A stretch of 37,956 nucleotides of DNA from an uncultured virus (IMG/VR IMGVR_UViG_3300010938_000011) (lineage: Duplodnaviria; Heunggongvirae; Uroviricota; Caudoviricetes). The position numbers and the translations under genes are program-made. Each line of letters starts with the position of its first letter. Position 1 is the stretch's first letter. Under the pieces are notes generated by a model. That model worked only from the letters and a program-made list of their open reading frames with translations, was not told where the DNA came from and did not search any database. The stretch lies in the IMG/VR virus record IMGVR_UViG_3300010938_000011. The stretch is one strand, 5' to 3'. Shown piece by piece: positions 7,524 to 17,983 of this stretch.

Positions 7524-10500
7524 ATGAAAAGTAGACTGTATTTGCCTAAAAATCTTTTAAATTTAGTCCATAATTTAGACTTGCAAGATTCTGAGGTAAT
7601 TAACAGAATATCAGAAATTTCTTCTGAAGAAGTAATTGTTCAAAAATCTCTTTTATCATCTTTATTAACTACAAATCTACAAGAAAAATTAAATTTAAGC
7701 AATGAGAAATTTTTATCTTCATCAGTTCCTTATTATGCATTTTATTTAGCAGGATCTCTAATTCCATACGAAAAATTTTCTCAATTAGAAAATACTCTTA
7801 TATCTAAGATAGAAGGTGTAGTATTACATACAGCAATAAATTCTTTATCTAAAGACATTTCCGAAACTGAAACCAAAAAAGAACAAATAGTATTAAATTT
7901 AAGTACTAGCATAAAAGAAAATTATTACAAAACTATTCCTACAGAAGATGTACTTGAAGCTTATAATAAAATTAAAAATGAAACTATATCTGAAAATAGA
8001 GATTATATTAAAGAATTAGAAGAAAAATTTATAAATCCATTAACAATGGAAAAGATTAGTTCTGATGATGACGAGTTTGATGATTTAGATGCTTCTAAAT
8101 TACTATCTAAAAGAAGATACTTACATATACCAGATTCTATTTTTTCTTTAGCTCTACTAAAATTAGGTATCATACTTCAATATTTCGCTACTACAGATGA
8201 AGATCCAGTAAAAAAATTAGAAATAGAAGATTCTTCTTTCTTTTTTAAAGTTTTAATTTTTAATTTGAAAAAATTCTTAAGGAAATTAGATATAAAAGCT
8301 CCTACTTCTGAAGACACTCCATTATCTTCTGTATCTTATATTTCTAACTTAAAGAAATTTCTTCTTTATGATTTTAGAGAGGATATTCCTAAAATAGAAT
8401 CTTTATATTCTGGAATCAAGGATAATCAACAATTTTATGAATTAGAATACAAATATAATTCTACTATTAGGTCTTTAATTGGTAAAAATATTTATGAAGA
8501 TAGTACTTCAGGACCTAAACTTTTTAGGTATCACATGTATTTATTACATAATTTAGCTTTATCTTCTTTAGATTATTTGGAATCTATTTTAAAGAAATCT
8601 TCTAATATTTTTGATGTAGAATCCTATATATCTAAAAAATTAGAATATCCTTTTACTAAAGAAACCGACTCTAAAAGAATTCCTTCAAACCCTCTTTTAA
8701 TTTTTGAAAAATCTTCAAATCCTTTAGAAGTAAAATTAGAAGTTATAAATGAGCTTAAGCAAAAAATTAAAGAACAACTTTCTAAAAATAAAACTGCTAT
8801 AAAGAAATTTTTAGAAAAAGAAGATCAATCTAAAAGTGAAACAAGAAAATCTACTAAAGGACAAACTATAGTCGTAAATGTTTTTAAGGAAGAAATAATT
8901 TTTGCTTTACAATATTCTGTTCCTCTAATAGAATTAGCTTTAAATTTTAGTCTATTATTTAAACCTTTTACCAAATCAGTAAGATCAAAAAAACGATTAG
9001 AAGAACTTAAAGATATTCTCATAAAGAACATTTCTGTTCATTTTGAAACTTCTAATATTTCTTCTAAAGAAATAGAAGATATTGTTGAAGGCTTTATTGT
9101 AGCGGCTTTTAATAATAATGAATTTGATGAAGAAAAATTAGAAGACCTTATTTCTCTTAATTTAAAAAGAATAGATTCTTTAATCAATGATCCAAATTTT
9201 TCTGAATTTCTTTTAAATATAAAAGATTCTATTTCAGAATTTAGAAATTTGGATATATCTTTTTCAGATAATCTTTTTGAAAGAGCAGACCTTTTAGTAA
9301 AAAAACTTTATAACATAATAGATACATATATAAAAGCTTTTAAAATAGCTTTTATTAGTCCTATATTTTTAAATCTTTTACAATTTATACAAAAGGAAAA
9401 CAATATTTTACAAGTTGATTTTAAGGCTATTGAAGAATTATTGAATGAGGCTGCTGAGAATTCTTTAAGAGATAAACAAAATCATACATATTTAATAAAT
9501 GAGATTACAGAAGTTTTAAAAGATTATTTTTCAGATCCAGAAGTACGTAATAAGCTTTTAGAATTTTTTAAAAATTCGTTTTTCGTATATGAAAGAAAAT
9601 CTAGTATTAGGCCCTCTGATTTAGAAATAAGTGAGAGAGAATTATTTGAGCAATTAAACAATCCAAAATTTTTAGACTTATTAAAAAATAATTTAAACCA
9701 AAAAGACTTTAAAGTTCTTGATGAAGAGGTAAAAAATATTTATATTAAGATATTATCTTTAGCTTCTAATAAATTATCTAGTTCTGATTCAGAATCTTTA
9801 GAACAAATTCTAAATCATATATTTGAAGACTCTATAAAAAAATTCATAATAGATTTACTTAATCTCTTTCCTACAGAAGAAAATATGAAGAAATTTATAG
9901 AGAATCCTACAGAAAAACCTAAAGAAGATCCTGTAACAAAATTCTTAAAGAAATTAAGATTCTATTTAGATTTAGCTTCTAATAAAGTAGAATCACTTTC
10001 TTCAGATGATATGACTAGATTAATATTAGCAGTTGCTAGAAATTACTTAAATTATTTAGCTACTAATTCTATTCTTGAGAAAAAATATCCTATTGCTTTT
10101 GAAATTATTAATTTAATTAGAAAAAATAAAGATCTTTATAATGAGGCTGTTTATTTTGCTGTAACTGAAAATTTAACACCTACGACTTCTAAAATGTTCG
10201 TATGCACCACAAAAGCTTTAAGAGATACATTTCTATTTATAAATAAGCATTTGAACAATTATATTACATTAAAAGCTAGAAAACTTAAAAACTCTAAAAA
10301 TGAAGAAGATCAAAAACTTTTTGAGATTTATAAGTCTGTTTCTAGTAATGTTTATTACCTTAAATCTTTTAGAATTTTTCAGTATTTGGAAATTTATCTT
10401 TTAGAATTCCTAGAAGTAATAGAGAATTTTAGTTCATTTGAAGATACTTTAGTAAAATCTTATAATAGTTTTGAATCAACAGTACGTACTGAAAATTTTA

Positions 10501-13220
10501 GTAATGTTAAAGTAAAGGTAGGTGCTTCTAAATCAGCTGCTAAAATAGAAGAAGTAGATCAAATGTCTTCAGATGAGGTAGAAACAGAAGAAGAAAGAAA
10601 TTTAAAAGAATTTATAGAAAGAAGAGCTTTAGAAGAATTTAGTAATTTAATTTCAAAATTTGAATACTTAGTTATATCAAATTTTTCTTTTTATAAAGAT
10701 CATTTAGGTATTACAAATTTAGGAGAACTTTTAGATATTAATATCAAAGGTTATGATAAATTTATAAAGGATAAAGCTAAATTTTTTATAGAAAAAATAA
10801 AATCTAAAGCTGAACTTTTTAATGAAATATTAGCTATAGCTATAAAGAAATTCTTATTAGGAGAAGATTTCTTTAAGCTTAAGGATAAAGATGAAGAGGC
10901 TAAGAAGTTAGTAGTAAATATTCAACTAAATTTTTCAAAAATTCTTAAAGAAGATAAATATTTAGCTTATTCTATTTCTACAAAATTAAGCACTGATTCA
11001 AAATTCTTTTATTTTTTTAAATCAGAAAATATTAAGGATGCAGCTTCTCAAGAGCTTCGTTATTTTTCTAATTCTAATATAATAGATAAGGATGGAAATT
11101 TAAATATATCTCTTTTAGATAAAATTTTAGATTCAAATTTTAGTATGATTTCTAAATATTTAAGAAACAAAATCTCTTCCGCTAAGGATACAGAAGAAGC
11201 TAAAAATTTAGAAAGAATTTTAGACAAATATACAATTAATTATGATACAGCTAAATTTTATTTAGAAATTCTCAAAAAAATCTTAAATAAAAGAATTGTA
11301 TTTTATTTGAGTCCTAATTTAGACTCTAGAACTTTTGCTTCAGATATAGTAATTCCAGAAAGAAATTATATATTCTCTTTATTTAGAGATTCTGTAATAC
11401 AACAATTTCTTTCTCAGTTTGATCCTATACATGGTACTAGAAGAAAAGAAGTAATATATAAACCAAATTTAACTTATTTAATTCTTCAAAATATGTTTAA
11501 TGGATACTTTGAAAGAAAATTAAATTCTCAATTTTCTAAGCAATCAATGAAATCTTTACTTTCTTTATTAAATTCTTCTTTAGAAGGAAATCGTATAGAT
11601 TATAAAAATCTTAATAGAGATTTACGCAATAGCCTAATTGATGATAATTTTATTACTTTACTTCTCAAAAAATTCTTAGCTAATATTTATTATTCTATAT
11701 TCAAAAATGCTGAATACATCAAAGTAGCTTCTTTTGAAGGAAAAGATCTTGATGAGGTTCTAAATAAATATAAAGGCTTTTACAAAGCTTCTATTATAGA
11801 AAAACTCAAAAACGAGAACAATCCTTTTGTTGTAGAATTTTATTCTACAGGAAAAATTGTTAACTTAGTAAAAAAAGAATTTTATATAATATTTTTACAC
11901 TATCTTATCTTCTTACTAAGAAGATCAATTGAGAATGGAGAGGTTAATCCTAGAGTTTTAGATTTTATTTTACATTATTTAGGTATTCCTAAAAATGATA
12001 AAGATTTTAGAAATACTTTACAAAATTTGGCTACTTCTAATGAGTATACAGAAAGTCTAGAAAATTTAGATAAGAAATTTTTATATTATGAATCTGTATA
12101 TAGAACATTCAATAAAACATTTCATTCTGTCCAAATAAATTCTTTCTTCTCATTATTTGTTAAGAATAAAGACTTATATAGAATGTTATCTGTTATAGGA
12201 GTAGAAGATATTACTAAAACTATTTCTCATAAAGATAAAGAATTTGAAGCTGAAGTAGTTTCTGATGAAACAGCTCAAGAAATAGCTGGTACAGAAGAAA
12301 CGTATGAACCAGAAAAAGTTGAAGTTCCTTCTATAATAAGTAGAGAATTTTATGCAATTTTGATGCAGATAGGTGCTGGAGCTAATAAAGATCTTTCTAG
12401 CGATACCATATCTCTTATTGAACAAATAGTAGAGAATGCAACTAGTTCAAAAAGTGTAAAAATACTTTCTTCTATTATACCTACTATTTTACAAAGATGG
12501 AAAGTAATAGGATTAACTACTATAGATATACCAAATGCTTTAATTTTATTAGCTTTAGAATTAGGATTATTAGATCCTTCTAATAATAACATATTGAAAA
12601 ATAATCCTATCTACCTCTATTATTTAGCTAATTCTATAGCTTCTATATTTTCTTCTGAAAAGAATATTTCAATAGAAGATAACTTTATTGTAAAAAGATT
12701 ATTTAATGTATTTCTTCCTAATGAAAAAGTTAATTCTGAATTTGTAACTTTTGCTTTAAATATTTCTACTTATTTTACTCATACAGTTTCAGGTAATGGC
12801 ATGTTTGGTATAGCAATTAAACAAAAAACTCATTTTATAACAAAATTATTTAGCAATGATATATCTTTTATAGATCAAAAAAGTATAGGAAAATTTGAGT
12901 TTTCAAATATTTCTATGAAAGATATGACTGAAAATGAGTTTTATACTATAAAAGGATTACTAAATAGCAAAGAATTAGGAGAAGATTTTAGATCTTTTGC
13001 TTTAAGAAATGGTTTTTCTTTTAATTTAGCTAGACTAAGAGATTTATTAACTATTCAAGAAGATAATGACCTATATAAATTTTCTAAATTAGTAATAAGA
13101 GCTATAGTAGAAAATAAACATATAGTTTTCGAAAAGAATACAAAAAATGGAATGTACATTCCAAAATTAGTAGATAAATTTAATACAAATGATATTCTAA
13201 TTACTGATATTAGAAGATAA
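7524..13220 (+). CDS. Giant 1898-aa hypothetical protein, predicted mostly helical
   Basis: Long uninterrupted ORF with genome-typical codon use and no recognisable catalytic motif; no SD upstream. Confidence 0.85.
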   Translation: MKSRLYLPKNLLNLVHNLDLQDSEVINRISEISSEEVIVQKSLLSSLLTTNLQEKLNLSNEKFLSSSVPYYAFYLAGSLIPYEKFSQLENTLISKIEGVVLHTAINSLSKDISETETKKEQIVLNLSTSIKENYYKTIPTEDVLEAYNKIKNETISENRDYIKELEEKFINPLTMEKISSDDDEFDDLDASKLLSKRRYLHIPDSIFSLALLKLGIILQYFATTDEDPVKKLEIEDSSFFFKVLIFNLKKFLRKLDIKAPTSEDTPLSSVSYISNLKKFLLYDFREDIPKIESLYSGIKDNQQFYELEYKYNSTIRSLIGKNIYEDSTSGPKLFRYHMYLLHNLALSSLDYLESILKKSSNIFDVESYISKKLEYPFTKETDSKRIPSNPLLIFEKSSNPLEVKLEVINELKQKIKEQLSKNKTAIKKFLEKEDQSKSETRKSTKGQTIVVNVFKEEIIFALQYSVPLIELALNFSLLFKPFTKSVRSKKRLEELKDILIKNISVHFETSNISSKEIEDIVEGFIVAAFNNNEFDEEKLEDLISLNLKRIDSLINDPNFSEFLLNIKDSISEFRNLDISFSDNLFERADLLVKKLYNIIDTYIKAFKIAFISPIFLNLLQFIQKENNILQVDFKAIEELLNEAAENSLRDKQNHTYLINEITEVLKDYFSDPEVRNKLLEFFKNSFFVYERKSSIRPSDLEISERELFEQLNNPKFLDLLKNNLNQKDFKVLDEEVKNIYIKILSLASNKLSSSDSESLEQILNHIFEDSIKKFIIDLLNLFPTEENMKKFIENPTEKPKEDPVTKFLKKLRFYLDLASNKVESLSSDDMTRLILAVARNYLNYLATNSILEKKYPIAFEIINLIRKNKDLYNEAVYFAVTENLTPTTSKMFVCTTKALRDTFLFINKHLNNYITLKARKLKNSKNEEDQKLFEIYKSVSSNVYYLKSFRIFQYLEIYLLEFLEVIENFSSFEDTLVKSYNSFESTVRTENFSNVKVKVGASKSAAKIEEVDQMSSDEVETEEERNLKEFIERRALEEFSNLISKFEYLVISNFSFYKDHLGITNLGELLDINIKGYDKFIKDKAKFFIEKIKSKAELFNEILAIAIKKFLLGEDFFKLKDKDEEAKKLVVNIQLNFSKILKEDKYLAYSISTKLSTDSKFFYFFKSENIKDAASQELRYFSNSNIIDKDGNLNISLLDKILDSNFSMISKYLRNKISSAKDTEEAKNLERILDKYTINYDTAKFYLEILKKILNKRIVFYLSPNLDSRTFASDIVIPERNYIFSLFRDSVIQQFLSQFDPIHGTRRKEVIYKPNLTYLILQNMFNGYFERKLNSQFSKQSMKSLLSLLNSSLEGNRIDYKNLNRDLRNSLIDDNFITLLLKKFLANIYYSIFKNAEYIKVASFEGKDLDEVLNKYKGFYKASIIEKLKNENNPFVVEFYSTGKIVNLVKKEFYIIFLHYLIFLLRRSIENGEVNPRVLDFILHYLGIPKNDKDFRNTLQNLATSNEYTESLENLDKKFLYYESVYRTFNKTFHSVQINSFFSLFVKNKDLYRMLSVIGVEDITKTISHKDKEFEAEVVSDETAQEIAGTEETYEPEKVEVPSIISREFYAILMQIGAGANKDLSSDTISLIEQIVENATSSKSVKILSSIIPTILQRWKVIGLTTIDIPNALILLALELGLLDPSNNNILKNNPIYLYYLANSIASIFSSEKNISIEDNFIVKRLFNVFLPNEKVNSEFVTFALNISTYFTHTVSGNGMFGIAIKQKTHFITKLFSNDISFIDQKSIGKFEFSNISMKDMTENEFYTIKGLLNSKELGEDFRSFALRNGFSFNLARLRDLLTIQEDNDLYKFSKLVIRAIVENKHIVFEKNTKNGMYIPKLVDKFNTNDILITDIRR

Positions 13221-13224
13221 AAAT

Positions 13225-14040
13225 ATGCCATACAAACAAAAAGACTTTATAATACAATTTTTAAAGAACTATTTTAAAGATGGAATTTCTACCTTTTCAA
13301 AGTCTCATGTATTCAAATGTCAAATATGTAATCATATTTTTACTATAGAAGATACTGAAAAATGGGTATCCGAATATGCCTCTTGTCCAAATTGTAAAAA
13401 TTGGTTTTGTATTTTAGAAAAAGATTCTAATGAAAGAACTTTAAGAATTCTTCAAGAGAAGCTTTATAAAAATTTAGGTAAAGAAGATATTCTATTAACT
13501 AAAATGTATAATGAAATAACTTCTTACTCTAAAAATATTTTAAAGTCTTATCTTAAAAATAAGAAAGCTTCTCTTTTAGAAGATGAAGAATTTTTAGATG
13601 ATGTTTCTAAAGAAGTAGCTATAATTTTTTTAGAAAGAATAAAAAAGAGAGAATTATATATAGCTAGAAGCTTTGGAAGCTTTATAAAATATAAAATCAT
13701 TCAAATTCTCTATTCTAATAAAAATATAAAATTTGAATATTTATCTGATAATTCTCAAGATGAAAAATTAGATTCTAGAAAGATAGATAAAATTTTCTAT
13801 AGAATAGAATGTAATAAGACTTCTAAATTCTTTAATAAAATTGAAGTAGAAAATATTCTAAACAATTATATAGATTTTTTTAGAGGATCTGAATTTTTAC
13901 CTACTTTTCTTTTATTAATAATAATTTATTTTTCTACCAAAAACATTCACAAAGTGAAAAGTTTTATAGAAGGAGATCCAAAAAAAATAATTCCTTATTT
14001 AATTTTTAAAAAATTCTTAAAAGGAATTGAGGAGGTATAA
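13225..14040 (+). CDS. Zn-ribbon protein with sigma-70 region 2-like segment (putative phage sigma factor)
   Basis: CQIC..CPNC zinc ribbon; LDDVSKEVAIIFLERIKK..RSFGSFIKYKI resembles sigma region 2.2-2.4. Confidence 0.5.
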   Translation: MPYKQKDFIIQFLKNYFKDGISTFSKSHVFKCQICNHIFTIEDTEKWVSEYASCPNCKNWFCILEKDSNERTLRILQEKLYKNLGKEDILLTKMYNEITSYSKNILKSYLKNKKASLLEDEEFLDDVSKEVAIIFLERIKKRELYIARSFGSFIKYKIIQILYSNKNIKFEYLSDNSQDEKLDSRKIDKIFYRIECNKTSKFFNKIEVENILNNYIDFFRGSEFLPTFLLLIIIYFSTKNIHKVKSFIEGDPKKIIPYLIFKKFLKGIEEV

Positions 14041-14042
14041 AA

Positions 14043-14483
14043 ATGGAAGACAAAGAAATTATAAGCAAAACAAAAGAGCTTATAGAAAAAGATTCTGAAA
14101 ATTTAGAAAAATATTTAAAGGTTTTAGCTTTGTATATTTTATCTAAAGAAAACGAAAATATTTCAGATGGATTTTTCTATTTAGCAAATTTATTAGACTT
14201 AAATAAATTAGAAGAATTTATTACTATCTTCTCAGGAAAGTTTATAAAAGTTCCTCCTAAAAAAGATTATATAGAAGCTACAATAATTTCTTTTATTATT
14301 TTATTAGAATATAAAGGTCATTCTTTTAATGAGGCTGTAAATATTATTAAGAAAAGAATACCTGAAAATTATGTCTTTTTATTAAAGCATAGAAATTTAT
14401 CTTTAATTAGAGAAAAAGTCTCTAAATTTAAAGAGGAACTAGATTTAGAACTTTGGAATTTTCTTATTGAAAAAATAGAATAA
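14043..14483 (+). CDS. Mor-family-like transcription regulator
   Basis: LANLLDLNKLEEFITIFSGKFIKVPP resembles the Mor/C signature (l...fgG..iyiP), followed by a helical HTH-like segment. Confidence 0.5.
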   Translation: MEDKEIISKTKELIEKDSENLEKYLKVLALYILSKENENISDGFFYLANLLDLNKLEEFITIFSGKFIKVPPKKDYIEATIISFIILLEYKGHSFNEAVNIIKKRIPENYVFLLKHRNLSLIREKVSKFKEELDLELWNFLIEKIE

Positions 14484-14504
14484 TTATTTAAATTAAAAAA
14501 GGAA

Positions 14505-14915
14505 TTGCTTATGGATAAAGAAATTAACATAAAACCTAAAGACAATTATGAAGAAAACTATAAGAAAACTTTAACTAATTTTTTAAATTTAATAAAAGAA
14601 GATTTAACTTCAAGATCTATTATAAAGCAAAAATTATTGCTTTTAATAGAAGATAAAATTGATAACCAAGGAGAAGAGCTCTCCTTAAGAGAAATAGCTT
14701 ATATTTATAAAGTATTAGCAGAAGCAGATTCTAATTTATTAACACCTATCTTTTCTTCTCAAAGAGGAATTACTGTAAATCAAGCTACTTTAATAAAAGA
14801 AGATAAAACTCCTTCTATTAAAACTATAGAGGCTCAAAAGGAAGCTTTGGAAGATAAAACTATAGATTATAGTAAATTATATTCAAAATTAATTTTAGAA
14901 GATTCTAATGAGTAA
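14505..14915 (+). CDS. Hypothetical protein
   Basis: ORF fills the operon gap; ATG 14511 is an alternative start. Confidence 0.75.
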   Translation: MLMDKEINIKPKDNYEENYKKTLTNFLNLIKEDLTSRSIIKQKLLLLIEDKIDNQGEELSLREIAYIYKVLAEADSNLLTPIFSSQRGITVNQATLIKEDKTPSIKTIEAQKEALEDKTIDYSKLYSKLILEDSNE

Positions 14916-14943
14916 TACTTTTAAAATATTTTAGGAGGAAAAA

Positions 14944-16293
14944 ATGACTAATGAAGAAAAGCTTATACCTTATGTACTTCAAGATCATGAGATAGCTCAT
15001 AAAATAAATTTAAATTTCATTAAAAATAAGCGAATCAAAGAGCTTTTACTAACAATAAAAGAATCTAACACTAATGACTTAATTCTTTTAACTACTAATA
15101 CAACTTATTCTTTAGAAGAATTAGAAAAATTCTATAAAACAAAAGTAGATATAAAGCAATTTGATAAGATTTTAGAAGAAGTATATTTAGAATATTTCAA
15201 ATCTGACTTGGCTTATAGATTAATAAGCTCTAAATCTTTAAAAGAATTTAGAGAGATTTTAAATGAAAAATATAGAGAAAACCTTTCTATAGATAAAAAA
15301 GCTGAAGAAGATTTTTCTTTTAAAACATTAGAAGAAATGATTTTAGAATTAGAAAAACATAAAAAATATACTAAGCTATCTTTTGGACTAGACAAATTAG
15401 ATAAACTAGTTACATCTCCTTTAGAACCTGAAGAAATTACTATATTAGTAGGTCAGAAAGGAATGGGTAAATCTTCTGTAATTAAGAATTTAGAAATAAA
15501 TTTAGTAAAGCAAAAAATACCTGTTCTTTCTTTTAATTTAGAAATGAGCTTAAGATCCAATGTTTGTAGAATATTATCTATCTTTACTGGCATTCCTTTC
15601 TTAAAAATCCTTTATAAATATACTAATGAAGAGGAAAATAAAATTTTAGAAGAAGCTAAAAGAGAATTAATTTCATTACCTTACTTATATAATGGTCAAG
15701 AATTTTTAAATTCTTATTCTTTATTCTCTTTAGTAGAAAAAGGAAAGGAAATTTTAAAGAAGAGAGGTTTTAAAACAGATAGAGTAATAGTATTTGTAGA
15801 CTCTTTAGATATGTTAGAAGGATTTACTTCTCCTTCTTTTATAAAAGAACAAATGGAAATTTTACATTCTTTAGTAAGAAAACATAAAGTACATTTAGTA
15901 GGTACAGTACAAGCTAATGAAAATAAATTAAGAGGAGGAAACTTTAAAAATCCTGAAGAATTTGATAATTTTTCTGTTACTAAATATGATATTTATGGAA
16001 GTTCTTATTATGCAGCTAGAGCAAGATTAGTTTTATTTATAAATAGACCTTTAGTTTATAAGAAAGAATTCTTTGGACAAAACTTAAAATTTGATATAAA
16101 AGAAGAGGAAGACTTAATTTATTTTAATATTGTTAAGCAAAATGATGGAGATTTAGGAACAGCTATATATAGATTTAATTCCTCTAATTTTAGAATAGAA
16201 GAATATGATGAAGAAGATCTAGTTAGAAAAGAAGAAGAAATATTTGAGGATTTAGAAAAAAGCTTTGAGCGATTATATTCCAGTAAAAATTAA
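14944..16293 (+). CDS. dnaB: Replicative SF4 DNA helicase (DnaB-like)
   Basis: Walker A GQKGMGKS, FNLEMS (H1a), VFVDSL (Walker B), TVQAN (H3) and IVKQNDG. Confidence 0.92.
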   Translation: MTNEEKLIPYVLQDHEIAHKINLNFIKNKRIKELLLTIKESNTNDLILLTTNTTYSLEELEKFYKTKVDIKQFDKILEEVYLEYFKSDLAYRLISSKSLKEFREILNEKYRENLSIDKKAEEDFSFKTLEEMILELEKHKKYTKLSFGLDKLDKLVTSPLEPEEITILVGQKGMGKSSVIKNLEINLVKQKIPVLSFNLEMSLRSNVCRILSIFTGIPFLKILYKYTNEEENKILEEAKRELISLPYLYNGQEFLNSYSLFSLVEKGKEILKKRGFKTDRVIVFVDSLDMLEGFTSPSFIKEQMEILHSLVRKHKVHLVGTVQANENKLRGGNFKNPEEFDNFSVTKYDIYGSSYYAARARLVLFINRPLVYKKEFFGQNLKFDIKEEEDLIYFNIVKQNDGDLGTAIYRFNSSNFRIEEYDEEDLVRKEEEIFEDLEKSFERLYSSKN

Positions 16294-16302
16294 GGAGGAA
16301 AT

Positions 16303-16545
16303 ATGAGAAAAGCTTATAAGCCAGTTAAATGTAAATATTGTTCGAAATACACAGTCATAGAAATGACTACTAAAACTTTTACTTGTCAATATTGTAATAA
16401 AAAACAAAAGAGGCCTAAAAATCATATTCCTAAAGGCCCTTTAATTCAAAAAGGCTGTACTGATGAATTAGGAATTTATCATAGAGCTAGTTCTTCTCCT
16501 AGAAAACCTGGCTACTATGGAGTTGAAAATTCTATTTGGATCTAA
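16303..16545 (+). CDS. Small zinc-ribbon protein
   Basis: CKYC...CQYC; strong AAGGAGG SD. Confidence 0.75.
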   Translation: MRKAYKPVKCKYCSKYTVIEMTTKTFTCQYCNKKQKRPKNHIPKGPLIQKGCTDELGIYHRASSSPRKPGYYGVENSIWI

Positions 16546-16548
16546 AAT

Positions 16549-16995
16549 ATGAATCCAAAAAGGAAAGGAAATCAATTTGAAAGAGAATTAGCTAAAATAT
16601 TATCTAAATGGTATTTTAAAGATGAAAAAGCTAAAGACTTAATATTTTGGAGAGATTTAGGATCTGGTACTACTTATCTACATAATAAATCTTCTAAGCT
16701 TTGTGGAGATCTAATTTGCTTTTTAGAAGATCCTAGGATAGATTCTCTCTATATAGAAGCTAAATATTATTCTAATTTTACTTTAAATGATCTTAATACT
16801 TTAGAAAAAATAGTAAGCAAACTTCCTGAAGATAAAAATTCTTTTTTCTTTATAAAATGTAAAAAAGGGATATTTATAGGAACAAAAAGACATCTTTCAA
16901 AAAATGATTTTTTTATTTATATAAAAAAATATTATGTTTATTTCTTAAAAGAAGTAAGAGCTAAATATTCATTTGAAGAAATTTTTTTAAATTAA
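16549..16995 (+). CDS. Holliday junction resolvase (Hjc-like PD-(D/E)xK nuclease)
   Basis: KRKGNQFERELAKIL, GDL and YIEAK motifs. Confidence 0.85.
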   Translation: MNPKRKGNQFERELAKILSKWYFKDEKAKDLIFWRDLGSGTTYLHNKSSKLCGDLICFLEDPRIDSLYIEAKYYSNFTLNDLNTLEKIVSKLPEDKNSFFFIKCKKGIFIGTKRHLSKNDFFIYIKKYYVYFLKEVRAKYSFEEIFLN

Positions 16996-17008
16996 GGAGG
17001 ATTAAAAA

Positions 17009-17983
17009 ATGATTTTAATATTTGGAGACTTACATTTGCCTAAGTATTTGCACAAAAACAATTATAGTTTAGCTATATTAGAATTCTTAAAATGGTTAGA
17101 AGAAAATTATGCTAATGATAAAAATATAGTAATCTTTTCTGGAGATGTTTTAGATTCTCCTAATGATTTTAATTTTTTCTTTATAAAAGAATTTTATAAA
17201 GTTCTTTCTAAATTTAAAGAAGTATATTTAGTAACAGGAAATCATGATAAAAATTCTAAAGGAAATGCTTTAACTATTTTTGAACCTTTAAAAAATGTTC
17301 ATATAATAGAAGAATTATCTTTTATTGAAATAGAACATAATTTATTTGGCTTCTACCCTTTCTTAGATAGAGAAAAATATTTAGATTATATTCCTAAAGA
17401 AATACCTAATTTTATTTTAGGTCATTATGCTTTTGTAGGTTCTAATTTTGGTCAACCAGACGAAATTCAACTTCCTTATACTCCTAAAAGCTTAGAAATA
17501 ATAGGACATATTCATAATTCTTTCTTTGTTCCTAAAGATAAAAAATTATGTTTAGGTTCTGTATTACCTACTAGATTTGGAGAACATACTACTAGAAAAT
17601 ATTACTTAGAAATAGAAGATGGAAAGTACGAAGTAAAAGAAATACCAGAATTCTTAAAGTATGTTCCTATAGATTATAAAGATTTAGATCAAGTAAATAA
17701 AGAAGAACTAAATATTTATTTAGTTTATAATTGTCCTAATCTTATAGAAGCTAAAGAAAAATTACAAAAATTAGGAGTAGAATATAAAATAATAGAATCT
17801 ACAATTAAAAAGAAAGAAATGGAACTAAATGTAAATATAGATTCTTCTACTTTTCAAAATATGAATTTAGAAAAAATATTTTTAGAAAAATTCTTAACAA
17901 AAGAATTAGAAAAGAAATATGGTTTAATTTTAGAGGAGGTAAAAGATGCATTTAGGCAATTATATACAATTAGCGAAGAATAA
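17009..17983 (+). CDS. sbcD: Mre11/SbcD-like nuclease subunit
   Basis: Metallophosphoesterase motifs GDLH, GDVLD, GNHD, GH and GHIH. Confidence 0.9.
   Translation: MILIFGDLHLPKYLHKNNYSLAILEFLKWLEENYANDKNIVIFSGDVLDSPNDFNFFFIKEFYKVLSKFKEVYLVTGNHDKNSKGNALTIFEPLKNVHIIEELSFIEIEHNLFGFYPFLDREKYLDYIPKEIPNFILGHYAFVGSNFGQPDEIQLPYTPKSLEIIGHIHNSFFVPKDKKLCLGSVLPTRFGEHTTRKYYLEIEDGKYEVKEIPEFLKYVPIDYKDLDQVNKEELNIYLVYNCPNLIEAKEKLQKLGVEYKIIESTIKKKEMELNVNIDSSTFQNMNLEKIFLEKFLTKELEKKYGLILEEVKDAFRQLYTISEE

Noticed and set aside
7524..13220. Phage RNA polymerase or tape-measure protein
   Set aside because: No DxDGD or T7-type motifs, no tape-measure periodic repeats and no tail-gene context.
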